IMG/VR virus record: IMGVR_UViG_3300029288_000056
Location: 224,001-288,000 of that record
Origin: a virus
Taxonomy: Duplodnaviria; Caudoviricetes
Reading direction: 5' to 3' (one strand)
DNA: 64,000 bases
The number at the start of each line of letters is the position of its first letter. Positions within the stretch are counted from its first letter, which is position 1. The notes under the pieces are model-generated. The model made no database searches and was not told the DNA's origin. It worked only from the letters and a program-made list of their open reading frames with translations. Positions 1 to 10,855 of this stretch are shown in pieces. A program made the position numbers and the translations under genes.

Positions 1-301
1 AGTAATCCTTTATTAATTTATCAATCTTCTCGCTTATATAAAGTAAGCGTTTTTCCATACTACTTACCTCTATAAATGTAGTCGTGTAATAACTACAACC
101 GCCGCGATTAGGCAAATCACAAGACACACAACTAGATGATAAACTCGGCGCATGAACTAGCAAATGCGGGCATTTCTGCCATCCAAATTCGGGTTGAAAA
201 TCCTTACACCTAATTGGAGTATGCTTTGCCTTGATAATTACAGTGATATCTTCAGTAGGTTCGGCCATCTTCTTTTCCTTCGTCGTCTTTTTCATGTCGA
301 T

Positions 302-329
302 ATCCTAACACACTTTCCCAAAAAGTCAA
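302..329 (-). promoter_or_regulatory. Repeated sigma70-type promoter, copy 1 (TTGACT-16-TAGGAT, extended -10 TG)
   Basis: Minus strand reads GCTTGACTTTTTGGGAAAGTGTGTTAGGAT; same motif occurs 18 times in the window. Confidence 0.8.
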
Positions 330-337
330 GCGTTATT

Positions 338-2212
338 TTACAGCATCTCCTCAAGACAGATAGTGTGAACAGTGGTTATAACGAGCCCCAAGATTTCTCT
401 GGGAGAATAACCCTTATTACACCACTGCCTTATGATGGGTTGCAGAGCATCGCCACATTGGATGTCTAACTTATTAGCATCCTCAGTATAACGATAATCA
501 TCGTCGTAGAGGCTCTTATTATCTGTGCGTTTGCGTGCCATTTTGGTGCCTCCTATTGTTTTAAACGTTCAACACCGTCGTTGTACGCTGTGATTATGTA
601 ATGGCATCTGTTATTCCGATGATAAAAACAATCGGCGTGTGACATAAACCTTTGCCCGTGGCAAGATTTAGGTAACGGATTTTGTCTATTCATAGTTAGT
701 CTCCTTTGTTTATACCCAACAACTTATCAAACGCCTCGTCTATTTGCAAGAGGGCTATTGTTATCGCTGCCACTTGCTTATTCACTAAAATAGCGCCTAG
801 TGCGTCATTTTTCTTTATATCGCCATTAGCTTCAAAAGCATTATCCCGTGTTATTTCCAGCACTCTCTTAACCTCAGGGCTAAGCATTGTTTCTCCTTTT
901 AGGTTACGCCCCGCAATCGGGGCAATCAATAAATTCAGGGCGATCTGTTTCGTGGTTGCGGTGCAGAATTCGCTTCTTATCGAAACAAGTTAAGCATGTG
1001 CCATCTGGAAGCTCACCTGTGCCACCGCATATTTTACACTTCTCACGTGTCCAAACAATTTGCATGGCATCGGGTTGACTTTCGCAAGCAGCCGATTCTT
1101 CATGTGGAGTATCAATAAAACCGCAGTCGCATTTGGGACATATCATTTATTCCCCAACTCCTTAAAGATAAGGGCCCTAACTCTCTTTATTTCTTCATCG
1201 CCCGAATTGCGATACTTAACGGCCTCCGCTTCAGAATTAAACAACACGAAGGGCTTACACTTACAAGTAACAGCCCAAGTTTCCTTATCTGATCCGAATA
1301 CCATGATAACCTTCTCAACCTTCATGTTTTTGCCACAAACAGGGCAAATACGTTTCTCCATTTTACTCCTCACTCCTTTACCCGAAGGCGGTTAGTGTTA
1401 TGTTTCAGAGCTAAATGATTCGTAAGCCTCAATATCAGCATCGCATGTCAAACCATCGACGTTGCAACAAACTTCATCTAAGTCAGCGTCGAAAAAAGCG
1501 AACCGACAACCATTAACCATGAAATTACAGATGCCATTTGTTCCTTGTCGACATTCGATCTTATAGATTTGTGCGCTCATCTATTTCCCCTATTCGTTTT
1601 GGAGTGTCGCCGGTGAGGTCGTAAATACCGAAAATGAGCCGACCATCAAATTGATGTCTGTCAAACAGCTTTTTGCCTCGCTGGAACTGCCCATACCCCA
1701 CACCGTCATCCAAGTTGAAAACGGTTAGAATTGTCCACAGGGCGGGAAGTCCCTCGATTTCGGGGTGATTACCATTTTCATAATAGGCATATATTTCCTT
1801 CTCACCTGCACCATCCATCCGAATATCCACTTTGTAATAGCCAGCCTTTTTAAGCTCAACTAGCAATTCCATTGTGTTCTTGTCAGCCATTTTTCTAGTC
1901 ATTTTCTCCATCTTGATCCTCCTATTATTTTACTTGGGTAAAACTAATCCCCGTCCAATCACAGGTGATTCGAGATTGCCCGTTCTTCTCAATTATTATA
2001 GAGAAGGGGTCGTTCGTTGCCCGAATGAATTTATACCCTTCGGGTATGTTGGATTTGATAGCCCCCAAGTAGTCCTTCCAATCCTCCCAGCCTTTTTCGT
2101 CTTGCCAACGAGTAAAAAGATAATATAGATTTTTAATCCAGTTACTACCTTTTTGCTCTATTTCCTCAACTGTCATCTTAAATCCGTTAGCCATTTTGAT
2201 CCTCCTAAACAA
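338..2212 (-). other. Run of small phage hypothetical ORFs, several with CxxC Zn-finger motifs
   Basis: Tandem or overlapping minus-strand ORFs 338-541, 696-929, 904-1146, 1143-1373, 1398-1580, 1561-1911, 1925-2212, several with GGAG-type RBS. Confidence 0.7.
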
Positions 2213-2241
2213 ATACTATCATACTTTATCGGAAAAGTCAA
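2213..2241 (-). promoter_or_regulatory. Repeated promoter (TTGACT-17-TAGTAT)
   Basis: Motif match with TGa extended -10. Confidence 0.8.
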
Positions 2242-2243
2242 GC

Positions 2244-2277
2244 AAAAAATATAGCCCTACCAGATAGGTAGGGCTAT
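2244..2277 (-). terminator. Intrinsic terminator
   Basis: ATAGCCCTAC/GTAGGGCTAT inverted repeat followed by a T-run on the minus strand, directly before a promoter. Confidence 0.8.
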
Positions 2278-2420
2278 TGCTTAAATTTTATTCCTGTTGT
2301 AGAATCTCAAAAGCTTCGGTGACCTTTTCTTTTAACCTCACTAACGCCTTAAATTTGTCTCCTTCGAGCTTGTCCATTACATAAACAAACAAGTCCTCAA
2401 TCTCTTTAAAATCTATGGGC

Positions 2421-2810
2421 CTAGAATTCTGTGTCATCTTCGTCCTCACTAGTGGGAACGTCGGCGTTACTTACAATATTCTCGTGTTCCTTGTTTGGCG
2501 CTGATAGCCACTTAACATGCTCGGCCACAATTTCGTAGGTTGAAGTCTTCTTACCTTCTGCGTCGGTGAACTCTCTCATCTGAATTCTTCCGGTAACCAA
2601 AAGCGGAGAGCCCTTATCAAGATAAGTGGCGCAATTCTCCCCTTGCTTACCCCACACTGCGATGTTCATAAAACAAGTCTCTGATACTCCCTTATGGGAA
2701 CGCGAAGAAGCTATACGCATCTTACACAACGTCTTGCCGTTGGTAGTGATTCTTACTTCGGGTTTGCGAACCAAGTTCCCACTCATAATACTGATGTTCA
2801 CGTCTTCCAT
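2421..2810 (-). CDS. ssb: Single-stranded DNA-binding protein
   Basis: GNLVRKPEVR..., WGKQGENCATYLDKGS, VTGRIQ, acidic C-terminal tail ending DDTEF. Confidence 0.95.
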   Translation of the reverse strand: MEDVNISIMSGNLVRKPEVRITTNGKTLCKMRIASSRSHKGVSETCFMNIAVWGKQGENCATYLDKGSPLLVTGRIQMREFTDAEGKKTSTYEIVAEHVKWLSAPNKEHENIVSNADVPTSEDEDDTEF

Positions 2811-2872
2811 CTAATCCTCCGTTGTTGTTTGATATCTCATATCATATAACAACTGTCTTGGGAAATAATCCC

Positions 2873-3301
2873 CTACGGAGCTATGGATACTTGTGATAAT
2901 GGGGGAACTACGGGTGCCGCGGGTGGGCCCGGTGGTGTTCCTGCGGGAGGCGTTGGTGGTATCGGGGCCGCTGGAGGTGTCGGTGGTGCGAGATCTACGG
3001 CGTCGTCAACTAAGGCAAACCACCGGTCTTCCGAACTGCGTACAAGCGCAGGGAACAGGGTCTTCTCGTCAAAATGCTGAGTAAGCATATATTGTCCAGA
3101 CGCGGCCATTAAATAAATAATTTTCCACCCTTTAACATTTCCAGATCTGCTATAGCCCGAATACTGATAAACGCGCAAAATACGATTTCCAACTGTACTT
3201 CTACCGAGCCTTATAGGTGCAACAATGCGCCTCCCACCTCCATAATTAAGGGATATGCAGTAACGTTGAGACATTGCGTCTTTTATAATATCTTCAACCA
3301 A
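2873..3301 (-). CDS. Stand-alone WYL-like domain protein with Pro/Ala-rich tail
   Basis: ISLNYGGGRRIVAPIRLG...LRVYQYSGYSRSG...GWKII pattern; PPTPPA repeats. Confidence 0.7.
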   Translation of the reverse strand: MVEDIIKDAMSQRYCISLNYGGGRRIVAPIRLGRSTVGNRILRVYQYSGYSRSGNVKGWKIIYLMAASGQYMLTQHFDEKTLFPALVRSSEDRWFALVDDAVDLAPPTPPAAPIPPTPPAGTPPGPPAAPVVPPLSQVSIAP

Positions 3302-3316
3302 TTTTGTGCCCCTATT

Positions 3317-4198
3317 TTACCAGTTTATTATCATTTTTTGAGTAGCTATCATAGTTAGCGTTTGCTCGTGTTCTTTTTCATGCGCTTTTATAGAGCCATG
3401 GCACTTTTTACATAGTGTGATTCCATTATTAACATCAAAACGTAATTCTGGAAACGCAGTAAAACCTTTAATGTGATGGATTTGTAAGTCCTTCAGTGTG
3501 CCACAATATTGGCAGTGATACCTATCACGTTTTTTAATTAATTTTTGCCACCTTCGGCACTCTAAACTAGCTCTAATTAAGTGGACATCAGAAGTAACAC
3601 CACCCTGCCAATTTGGGCTGTTTACGCCTCTATATTTTCCAGTACGTGTTTTACTCATTTTTATTTTAGACTCTTCTGAGTGACGTTTGCCTTTTCCTGC
3701 TTCGCTAATTTTTCTTTTGGTTTCATCTGAAAGACGGCGGCCTCTAGACTCGTGGCCTTTTATATATCTTGGGATACGACTATGACGTTTATGTATAGGT
3801 TTAATTTCTATCTCTTGCCCGCAACCACACTCACAAAAATGTTTCCCTTGATGCTCCTGTTTAAATCTTTCGAGCTTTTTATTGTTTATATCTATATGAG
3901 ACCTGCTTATTTTATTTCTTTGCTCCTGTGTAACAATGTGACCCATCTTAGTTTTACTTATTTTTCTACATGTCTCAATGGACATATTTTTTGTACCATG
4001 CCCTTGAATAAATCTCGGTATACCATAATATCGGTGATGAGGTTTTATGATTATTTCCCGATCACATCCACATTGGCAAAAATGCTTATTTTCGTGTTCC
4101 AATTTAAATTGTTGCCAGTACTTTTTGCCATGATGATTGAAAATAAATCTGTTTCCGGATCTAACCTCTCGACCACAACCGCACTCGCATAATTTCAT
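3317..4198 (-). CDS. HNH homing endonuclease with NUMOD3 and repeated CxCGCG modules
   Basis: Three C(E/Q)CGC repeats, SDETKRKISEA / HSEESKIKMS, PNWQGG, RDRYHCQYCG...QIHHIK...NGITLCKKCH. Confidence 0.9.
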   Translation of the reverse strand: MKLCECGCGREVRSGNRFIFNHHGKKYWQQFKLEHENKHFCQCGCDREIIIKPHHRYYGIPRFIQGHGTKNMSIETCRKISKTKMGHIVTQEQRNKISRSHIDINNKKLERFKQEHQGKHFCECGCGQEIEIKPIHKRHSRIPRYIKGHESRGRRLSDETKRKISEAGKGKRHSEESKIKMSKTRTGKYRGVNSPNWQGGVTSDVHLIRASLECRRWQKLIKKRDRYHCQYCGTLKDLQIHHIKGFTAFPELRFDVNNGITLCKKCHGSIKAHEKEHEQTLTMIATQKMIINW

Positions 4199-4239
4199 AA
4201 TATTATGATAACATAATAAGGAATTAAAATAATTAGTTT

Positions 4240-4668
4240 CTAGAAGAGCTTACTATAATCGGGCATTTCAAACTTTGGAAGAGTCCGTCGTTCAAAACAA
4301 GGGATACAAACCGTCTTCTGATGGTCTAGGCTACTGCCGTTTTTGACGACTTTCCACCAAACTCGCGTGAATTCAACACCTGACACTTCCCAGCGGCCGT
4401 CTTCAAATTCAACCAACTCCCTCACGTTATTAGGAAAGCCCAATTCCTTAGCTCTCTTTTTAGCTTCTGACGGGGAGAGTAGGCAGACTTCTCGCTGCAG
4501 TTTCTCAGTGTCGAGACCACAGACCGAACACACACCTTGGTCTCTTTGCCATACTAATTCGTTAAGACTGACACCGTTTCTGAACTTAAACTGCTCAGCG
4601 CACTCGTCAGAACAAAAGGTACGCTTCCGACCTTCTAAAGGGTCGCCGCAGAATTTACAGTATTTCAT
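4240..4668 (-). CDS. HNH-like Zn-binding protein (probably degenerate nuclease)
   Basis: CKFCG...TFCSDEC, VWQRDQGVCSVCG, terminal TVCIPC. Confidence 0.55.
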   Translation of the reverse strand: MKYCKFCGDPLEGRKRTFCSDECAEQFKFRNGVSLNELVWQRDQGVCSVCGLDTEKLQREVCLLSPSEAKKRAKELGFPNNVRELVEFEDGRWEVSGVEFTRVWWKVVKNGSSLDHQKTVCIPCFERRTLPKFEMPDYSKLF

Positions 4669-5375
4669 AACAGGTCCAATGAGTTGATCTTAGAACTGAT
4701 CCCGTGAACGAAATGATTTTGCATCATCTTAATAAAAGCCTTTTGAGTTTCTTCACTGACTTCCAAACTACCCACCTCGGAGATCGATGTCCTGAGTAGT
4801 CTGTCAAAGATTGCCGGTCCGTTCTTGAGATCGAGTACGTTGTTTCCTTTTGCACAGTCCTTACACACAATACAGGACTTGTTTATCGCATAGTAGGAAT
4901 TTCCGTTAAGGGATGCAGTACAGGAACAGGCCCTTGTGTTTATCCCGTATCCTGAGAAATGAAGAACCTTAAGCAAGAAGGCCGCCATCTCGTTAAACCC
5001 GAACGACTTCACGTCCGTGAAAGTCTTCCTGATAAGACCCCACATTTTTGGATCGGCGCTAAAGTTATGAGAGAGTTTGTCCGTAACCTCTAACATCGGG
5101 AACATATAGAACAGCCCCTCTCCCTTAACTTTACTGGGTTGAACTAACGAACCGGACTTCAGAAGGTTGAGATCGCGTTTTGGCTTAAGATAAAACTCCA
5201 CATTAACGATATTGGCCGGTTCAAGGATCAATCCGTAGGAATGGTTGTTAGACTTAACGCCCTTCGCGATCAGAGGGATCTTGCCGAAACCCTCTGAATA
5301 CAGTGTTATAATGTAGCTGGTATCGCCGTAGGAAAATCTTTTCAAAACTATCGCTTCGGTATTCTCAATCGCCAT
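4665..5375 (-). CDS. recO: DNA repair protein RecO (start re-assigned to Met at 5375)
   Basis: TEAIVLKRFSYGDTSYIITLYSEGFGKIPLIAKGVK N-terminal OB motif; CSC...CKDC Zn finger; ends INSLDLL. Confidence 0.9.
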   Translation of the reverse strand: MAIENTEAIVLKRFSYGDTSYIITLYSEGFGKIPLIAKGVKSNNHSYGLILEPANIVNVEFYLKPKRDLNLLKSGSLVQPSKVKGEGLFYMFPMLEVTDKLSHNFSADPKMWGLIRKTFTDVKSFGFNEMAAFLLKVLHFSGYGINTRACSCTASLNGNSYYAINKSCIVCKDCAKGNNVLDLKNGPAIFDRLLRTSISEVGSLEVSEETQKAFIKMMQNHFVHGISSKINSLDLL

Positions 5376-6196
5376 TAAAACAATCCCACATTCGTCGGGC
5401 AAGAAACCGTCGTCTCTACAATCTGGTTGTTGGCGTAGCAGTACTTGCAATTGTGCGTACAGGTGTTGTATGTCCCAACGTCAATAGACTCGGTGCATAA
5501 ACAAGCACCTCTTTGGCCATAATCTTTTTTATACTCAAGTGAAAGCCCGAAGATCTTGTTGATCAGATCTGTGTCGATACAGGCGCCGTGATTTACGCAA
5601 GTAATGTTTTCTGCGCAAGAAAAGACCTCGATAGGTTTGCAGACTTCAACAATTTGCTGACACATGTCGTTAGTTTCTTGATCTGTAGGGTTCACAAACT
5701 TTACGTCGCCCATTCTCTCTAAAACGAAACGATAGTAGTCCATAAAACTAATCACAAGGCGCTCCGTCTTTCCTGCCAGCTGATTAGAAATGTACTTAAT
5801 GCGGTCAATGTGGTAGTTGATAGGTGTTAGATCACTGATGATGATCGGATCGTATCTCCAAATAACCCTACTGGGGCCAATGCGGTCTGAGAGTTCTTGG
5901 AACGTCTTCAGTCTGGCCTCAAACGGTCGTAAGGTAGGTTCAAATTCCTTAGGATAGTCGTTAAGAGTAAACTGAAAATAGTAGTTGTAACCCTCGAGCT
6001 CGTTGAGCCGCCCCATTAGATTCGCAGGATCCTTGGTCCAAAAAACTATAACGTCAACCTTAGTGGTATCGACGTTGATGGTTCTTGGCTTGTGGGATTC
6101 GGGATGCAGAACGAACTTACCTTGTTTGAATGAGTCTACGAACCAATCTGCATAATGCGCGGGGATATCAGTCTTGCGGCTCGCGCTGATTATCAT
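5375..6196 (-). CDS. DUF1848 family protein (C-terminal CxxxCxYCYA; start re-assigned to 6196)
   Basis: MIISASRKTDIPAHYADWF, VFWTKDP, WRYDPI, SIDVGTYNTCTHNCKYCYAN. Confidence 0.9.
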   Translation of the reverse strand: MIISASRKTDIPAHYADWFVDSFKQGKFVLHPESHKPRTINVDTTKVDVIVFWTKDPANLMGRLNELEGYNYYFQFTLNDYPKEFEPTLRPFEARLKTFQELSDRIGPSRVIWRYDPIIISDLTPINYHIDRIKYISNQLAGKTERLVISFMDYYRFVLERMGDVKFVNPTDQETNDMCQQIVEVCKPIEVFSCAENITCVNHGACIDTDLINKIFGLSLEYKKDYGQRGACLCTESIDVGTYNTCTHNCKYCYANNQIVETTVSCPTNVGLF

Positions 6197-7183
6197 ATTT
6201 ACCCATCTCTTTTCTTGAACGTCTTTTTTCAGCCTCAAGCCATTTTTTATGCTCAAGCCATTCTTTATTTACCGGTTTAACTTTTACTTTATCATATAGA
6301 CATAAATGCAGATTAACAGTTATACTATATCCTTCACCCTTACCATTAATCCAGATGGCTTCTACATTCCACCATTGATCATCAAAGCAATCTTGTATCG
6401 CCCAAATACAATGGTTTAAAAATTCTCCAAAAATAAAATACTTGGTTAATCCTTCAAATTGAAGGTGAAATCCTTGTTTCCCTTTTCTAACATCATTGAG
6501 TTTTATTCTATGCTTTTCTAGGTGAAGTTTAAGCCAATATCTAATCTCCTCTGATTCAAAACCGGCCTGTAGTTTAGGTTTCTCAGTCATTTGGTTCCCT
6601 AATTATCGTCACGATCATCGCAAAAATAAACATAACGATGAAAACTGGTATCCAGACTGGAGAAAGGACCCAAGCCGCGATGTTAACGATCTTATCCTTC
6701 GTTTCCTCCGTCATAATGCTCCTCCTTTGTACCCTCTGTTGCATTAAACTTATATTTAGGGACTCCATTTTTGTCCACCCATGGGCTGCGTATAGTAGCA
6801 GGCTTATGCAGTTCGTACGCGAGGCTTGTGATGTCGATATACAGACAACCTTTGTCACCTTTTTCCCAATTAGACGCAACGACGTCCGAATTACTATTAT
6901 CAAGCTTCCGAACAGTGCTACCTTTCATCAAAACAGTTACCGAACCTTCGCACGGAATGATGTTGATGACTTCTACCCATCCAAGGCAGCGTATTTTTGG
7001 CGCCTCTTCCGGTTCCGGAATATAGTCTTTCAAGGCTCTTAAAGATGAGAGTATTACAAGAACGGTTTTGTTAAACTCTTGCTGATATACGTCTCTCGGT
7101 GTACCATGATCGCATAACATGAGTTCCAACTTATGTTGGGCATCTTGCAGTTTATCAAATATCTCTCTGTATTCCATCGTGTC

Positions 7184-7885
7184 CTAACAAAAAATTGCTG
7201 AGATTCCATTTGGGTATGTCTCTTTGTGATGAACCATTCCGCCCGAAAGCATTTCCATCCATTGTTCTTTTGTGGCCCTAAAACTACCAAAGGTTGTAGC
7301 CCCAGTCTCACACCAAGCACACAACTCTTCCAGCGTAGCAAAGACGGGGCTAACGGGACTACCTTCTGAGCAGTCCTCCCACAACTGGTATCCATCGCCA
7401 GCGGGTGGATCAATCGGTCGCCATTCCTCAGCTAGTCTCTGGACTTCTTCGCTTTGCCAAGTGTACCCCTCACCGTCACAATGAGGACACTCACCGTAAA
7501 CACCTAGGTGTTCCGCGCGGGCTTTTACGCATACATACTGTTCATTAAAAAAGAAGTCGTGTTTGACATACTCATTAAATTCTTCAGGTGTCGGTTTTTT
7601 CTCAAAGTCTCTCAGTCGTTTCTGTTCCCACAAAGCGTCGATCTCAACTTCGGTTAAATGATACTTCCATGCGTTGTCGTTATAGCGATGATGTGAATCT
7701 AACCAGACATATCTCGGATTATCAAAAGCATACCAGCCTTCGCTGATTTTTCGTGTTTCCTCATTATAGCCAGACCTCTCGCAATAAGGGCAATCTTGAC
7801 TACTGTACGGTGTCAAGTATCCGCTCCACACCTTGTGAAGCGGCCAGTCAAAGTCCATGGGTACACGTTTCAGCTGACGACTCAT
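7184..7885 (-). CDS. Phage hypothetical protein with CxxCxxxG fingers
   Basis: RQLKRVPMDFDWPLHKVWSGY, CPYCERSG, CPHCDGEG, GYQLWEDCSEGSPVSPVF. Confidence 0.7.
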   Translation of the reverse strand: MSRQLKRVPMDFDWPLHKVWSGYLTPYSSQDCPYCERSGYNEETRKISEGWYAFDNPRYVWLDSHHRYNDNAWKYHLTEVEIDALWEQKRLRDFEKKPTPEEFNEYVKHDFFFNEQYVCVKARAEHLGVYGECPHCDGEGYTWQSEEVQRLAEEWRPIDPPAGDGYQLWEDCSEGSPVSPVFATLEELCAWCETGATTFGSFRATKEQWMEMLSGGMVHHKETYPNGISAIFC

Positions 7886-8974
7886 TTCTACTCCTCTGTC
7901 ATTTCATCAATACGCTTTTTGAATTCCTTTTTCAAACCGAGCTCCGGCATAGTAAGCCATTTTTTAAGCATCTCAACGTCGACTAAAAAGAATGTCTTGA
8001 GCTTGTAATCACATGAGATAAAGGCTGCTTGTGGAAATTCCATTTTCACCATATCTTCGAGCTTATTGCCATCTTTGTCCAATAGACCACTTTCTGTTTC
8101 TGAAAAAATAGGCACCTCGAGGTACTCTATGTTCTCAAACATGTCCATTGGCATGTCAACCATCTCAAATGTTCTTGCTCCAATATCCGGCATAATAAGG
8201 GGAAGTTTCTTATTCATTATTTATCACCTCACCATCGTTAACTTTCATAATCTCGTCTTCTCTAAAGACACCATCAATACAAACAACTTCGTCAATAATA
8301 AAATCATGTATTGCGCAAAATCTTAGGGCGCCTTCTTTAGAATCAAAAGCACCCAATAGACTCCCAGTATAATAATCAGGACCACACTTTACAAGCCATA
8401 GCCATTTTTCATCGTTAAAATTTTCGTCTACTTCATCTATATCAACGGTAGTTCTACAACGATACTGCCCGTCGTCACGATGATACTCGTTTGTTTGTAC
8501 AATACCAACCTTAACGGCGCTTACATTTATTAAGGTCTTAAGAACTTGCTTTTGTTCTAAGTCCACTTTACTCCTCATTAGGGAAATGATTCTTAAACGC
8601 TTCAAGATACGTGTTGATCTCTAAATACAGTAAATCCCCGTAGCCGCGCTTACTCAAATCTGCCCATTTCTCAAGCACTTCTTTGGGCATTGCCACCCTA
8701 TTTTCATCGATAAAATCTATTAAAACAGAGTAAACGGATCCCTCTGTTAAATCGTTTTCCTTATCCATTTTGTTTTTCCTTTTGTTTATCCATAAACTCT
8801 TCTCTCATCTTAATATATACTAAACAATTCTTAAACTTCGGATTAATGCAATTACTTGGTGATGCGCCTTGACACCCCATGGCTAACAAGATAACTTCGC
8901 CTTCTGAATAATGTTCACAATTGATCTTATCACACTTGATTGATCCCATAACGAACTCTGGTATAATCATAATG

Positions 8975-9060
8975 AGCGGGCGGCGGGATTCGAACCCGCA
9001 ATAAGACTTTATGTCTTGCTGGGTTGGAGGCCCAGTACCATACCATTAGGTGACGCCCGC
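8975..9060 (-). tRNA. tRNA-Gly(TCC) with long variable arm, no encoded CCA
   Basis: GCGGGCG/CGCCCGC acceptor, U73, CTGGG-CCTCCAA-CCCAG anticodon arm, AAGAC-ATAAA-GTCTT extra arm, GCGGG-TTCGAAT-CCCGC T arm. Confidence 0.88.
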
Positions 9061-9888
9061 AATAATATCCACGACTCTATCAATCATACTAAGTGAATTT
9101 AAAAATAGTAAATTAATATCATTATTTTCAAGAGCTTTTTTAATCTTATATCTACGTTCTTTTTTATCGTAACCCCTAATCTCTAGATAAACATTAAGAT
9201 TCGGAAGATAGAAATCTGGATGATATTTATGCTCTTCACCATTATCATCAAAATAAACGAGATACCTATTATAATCCCTTTCCCATTTGATACCTTTCTC
9301 GTCCATTCTAATAGCGCATCTTAATTCCCAACTACTGTCCATCCAAATTCCCTTATAATACGAACCATGAATTCTACTTGTTCCTGATTTTGTTCTATAT
9401 CCCCCTGTTTTACCTTTACAACTTCTAGAAATTTTATCTTTTATTTCTTGTGTTGGTATAGGATGATAATGCGCCCCGCAAAACCCAGTTTTGTTATTAC
9501 TAAGTAGTCTTTTCCCGCAAACTATACATACTTTAAGTTCCTTCTGAGTTACTACCGTTCGACTTTTGACAGCTAATGTTTTCTTTAAAGTTTCTCCAGC
9601 TTTACGCTTAGATTCCTCTGTGGGATGTCTTCCGTTAGCACAAGACCTTGAGCGGTGTTTGCGATATCTACCTATATTAAATCGGTGCGGCGTTACCAGA
9701 ATCTCATATTCATTACCACACTTCTCGCATTTAAGTTTATATTCTTGCCGCCGTGTGAGATTTTCTTGCACTTTCTTCATATGCGCTTTTCTATTGGGAT
9801 TATAAAAGCAATTAGTCTTGTGCCCACCAAATTGCTGTCCATTAGAAAATTCTAACCATTTATTACAATGCTCACAATAATACTTCAT
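9046..9888 (-). CDS. Putative homing endonuclease (Zn fingers, NUMOD3-like repeats, C-terminal PD-(D/E)xK domain); start re-assigned to 9888
   Basis: DSSWELRCA...YHPDFYLP...YLEIRG; HPTEESKRKAG; fills the gap between two tRNA genes. Confidence 0.75.
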   Translation of the reverse strand: MKYYCEHCNKWLEFSNGQQFGGHKTNCFYNPNRKAHMKKVQENLTRRQEYKLKCEKCGNEYEILVTPHRFNIGRYRKHRSRSCANGRHPTEESKRKAGETLKKTLAVKSRTVVTQKELKVCIVCGKRLLSNNKTGFCGAHYHPIPTQEIKDKISRSCKGKTGGYRTKSGTSRIHGSYYKGIWMDSSWELRCAIRMDEKGIKWERDYNRYLVYFDDNGEEHKYHPDFYLPNLNVYLEIRGYDKKERRYKIKKALENNDINLLFLNSLSMIDRVVDIIAGVT

Positions 9889-9961
9889 CAGGGTCGGAGA
9901 GAATCGAACTCTCAATACTCACCTCGAAAGGGTGATGGCTTAACCGTTCGCCTACGACCCC
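9889..9961 (-). tRNA. tRNA-Glu(TTC)
   Basis: GGGGTCG/CGACCCT acceptor, TCACC-CTTTCGA-GGTGA, GAGAG-TTCGATT-CTCTC. Confidence 0.93.
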
Positions 9962-10736
9962 ACAACCCTACTTAGTTGCGCGATAAATAGAGCTTTTGTA
10001 TTCTTGATGTACATTGTCGATATTGCTTAGTTTAAATCCCTTGATGATCTTATCGCAAGTAGCAGCAAGAATGTCTTGCATCTTACTCCAAAGCTTCAGT
10101 GAGTGAACTATTGGAGCATAAACTTCGATCTTGCCGGGGGTGAATGTCTTTTTACGACCATTCTCGAATTCAACTTCGAATCCGTCAATCTGACCGGTGA
10201 AGATCAGTTGCGCGTCCTTACTGTTAAGGGCCTCCATTGCCAAATAGCGAGAAACAGCCTTAGGAGCACCAGCGCGCTTATCGTCAGGATTCAGATAAGA
10301 GATACCTGCACGATAAAGTCCATCAGAACCGTAAACCCACGCCACGCATGCACTGTAGTTAAACAGATCTGCGTTTGAGCCAATGTAGAAGAAACCTACA
10401 CGCTCAGCACCAAACTTGTTGCGGGTGTACTCTCTGTATGTACTTTCACCTTTTGCAACCTTTTTAGTATTCATTTTCTCTCCTTTCTTGAGATAATTAT
10501 TTTAGAATTATGCCTTTGGAAAACCATAACTTTTCATACTTAATATAATTGAAAGTGGTAAGCATGTGTCTATCTGTAATTTTCTTTTACCAGATTCGGT
10601 TTTTGCCGCTAATAGAGCCTGCTCATGAGTATAACCAGCGTTTATAAGGATGCCAGCAATTTCATCTGGAAATTCGCGAGGAAATCCATTTTTAATTTTC
10701 TTTTGTAAACTAGGTGCAAATATTTTCATAATTTTT

Positions 10737-10764
10737 AGCCTAACATACTTTTCTGAAAAGTCAA
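10737..10764 (-). promoter_or_regulatory. Repeated promoter (TTGACT-16-TAGGCT)
   Basis: Motif match. Confidence 0.75.
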
Positions 10765-10776
10765 GCGTTTTCTTTT

Positions 10777-10848
10777 AGCCCTCATCTGGACTCGAACCAG
10801 AAATAGTTGACTACCGATCAACCGTTTTGCCATTAAAACTATAAGGGC
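10777..10848 (-). tRNA. tRNA-Thr(GGT)
   Basis: GCCCTTA/TGAGGGC acceptor, GTTGA-TCGGTAG-TCAAC, TCTGG-TTCGAGT-CCAGA; C at position 33. Confidence 0.9.
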
Positions 10849-10855
10849 TTAATAC

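Noticed and set aside
2890-2990. GC-rich repeat tract
   Set aside because: It simply encodes the Pro/Ala-rich tail of the WYL protein.
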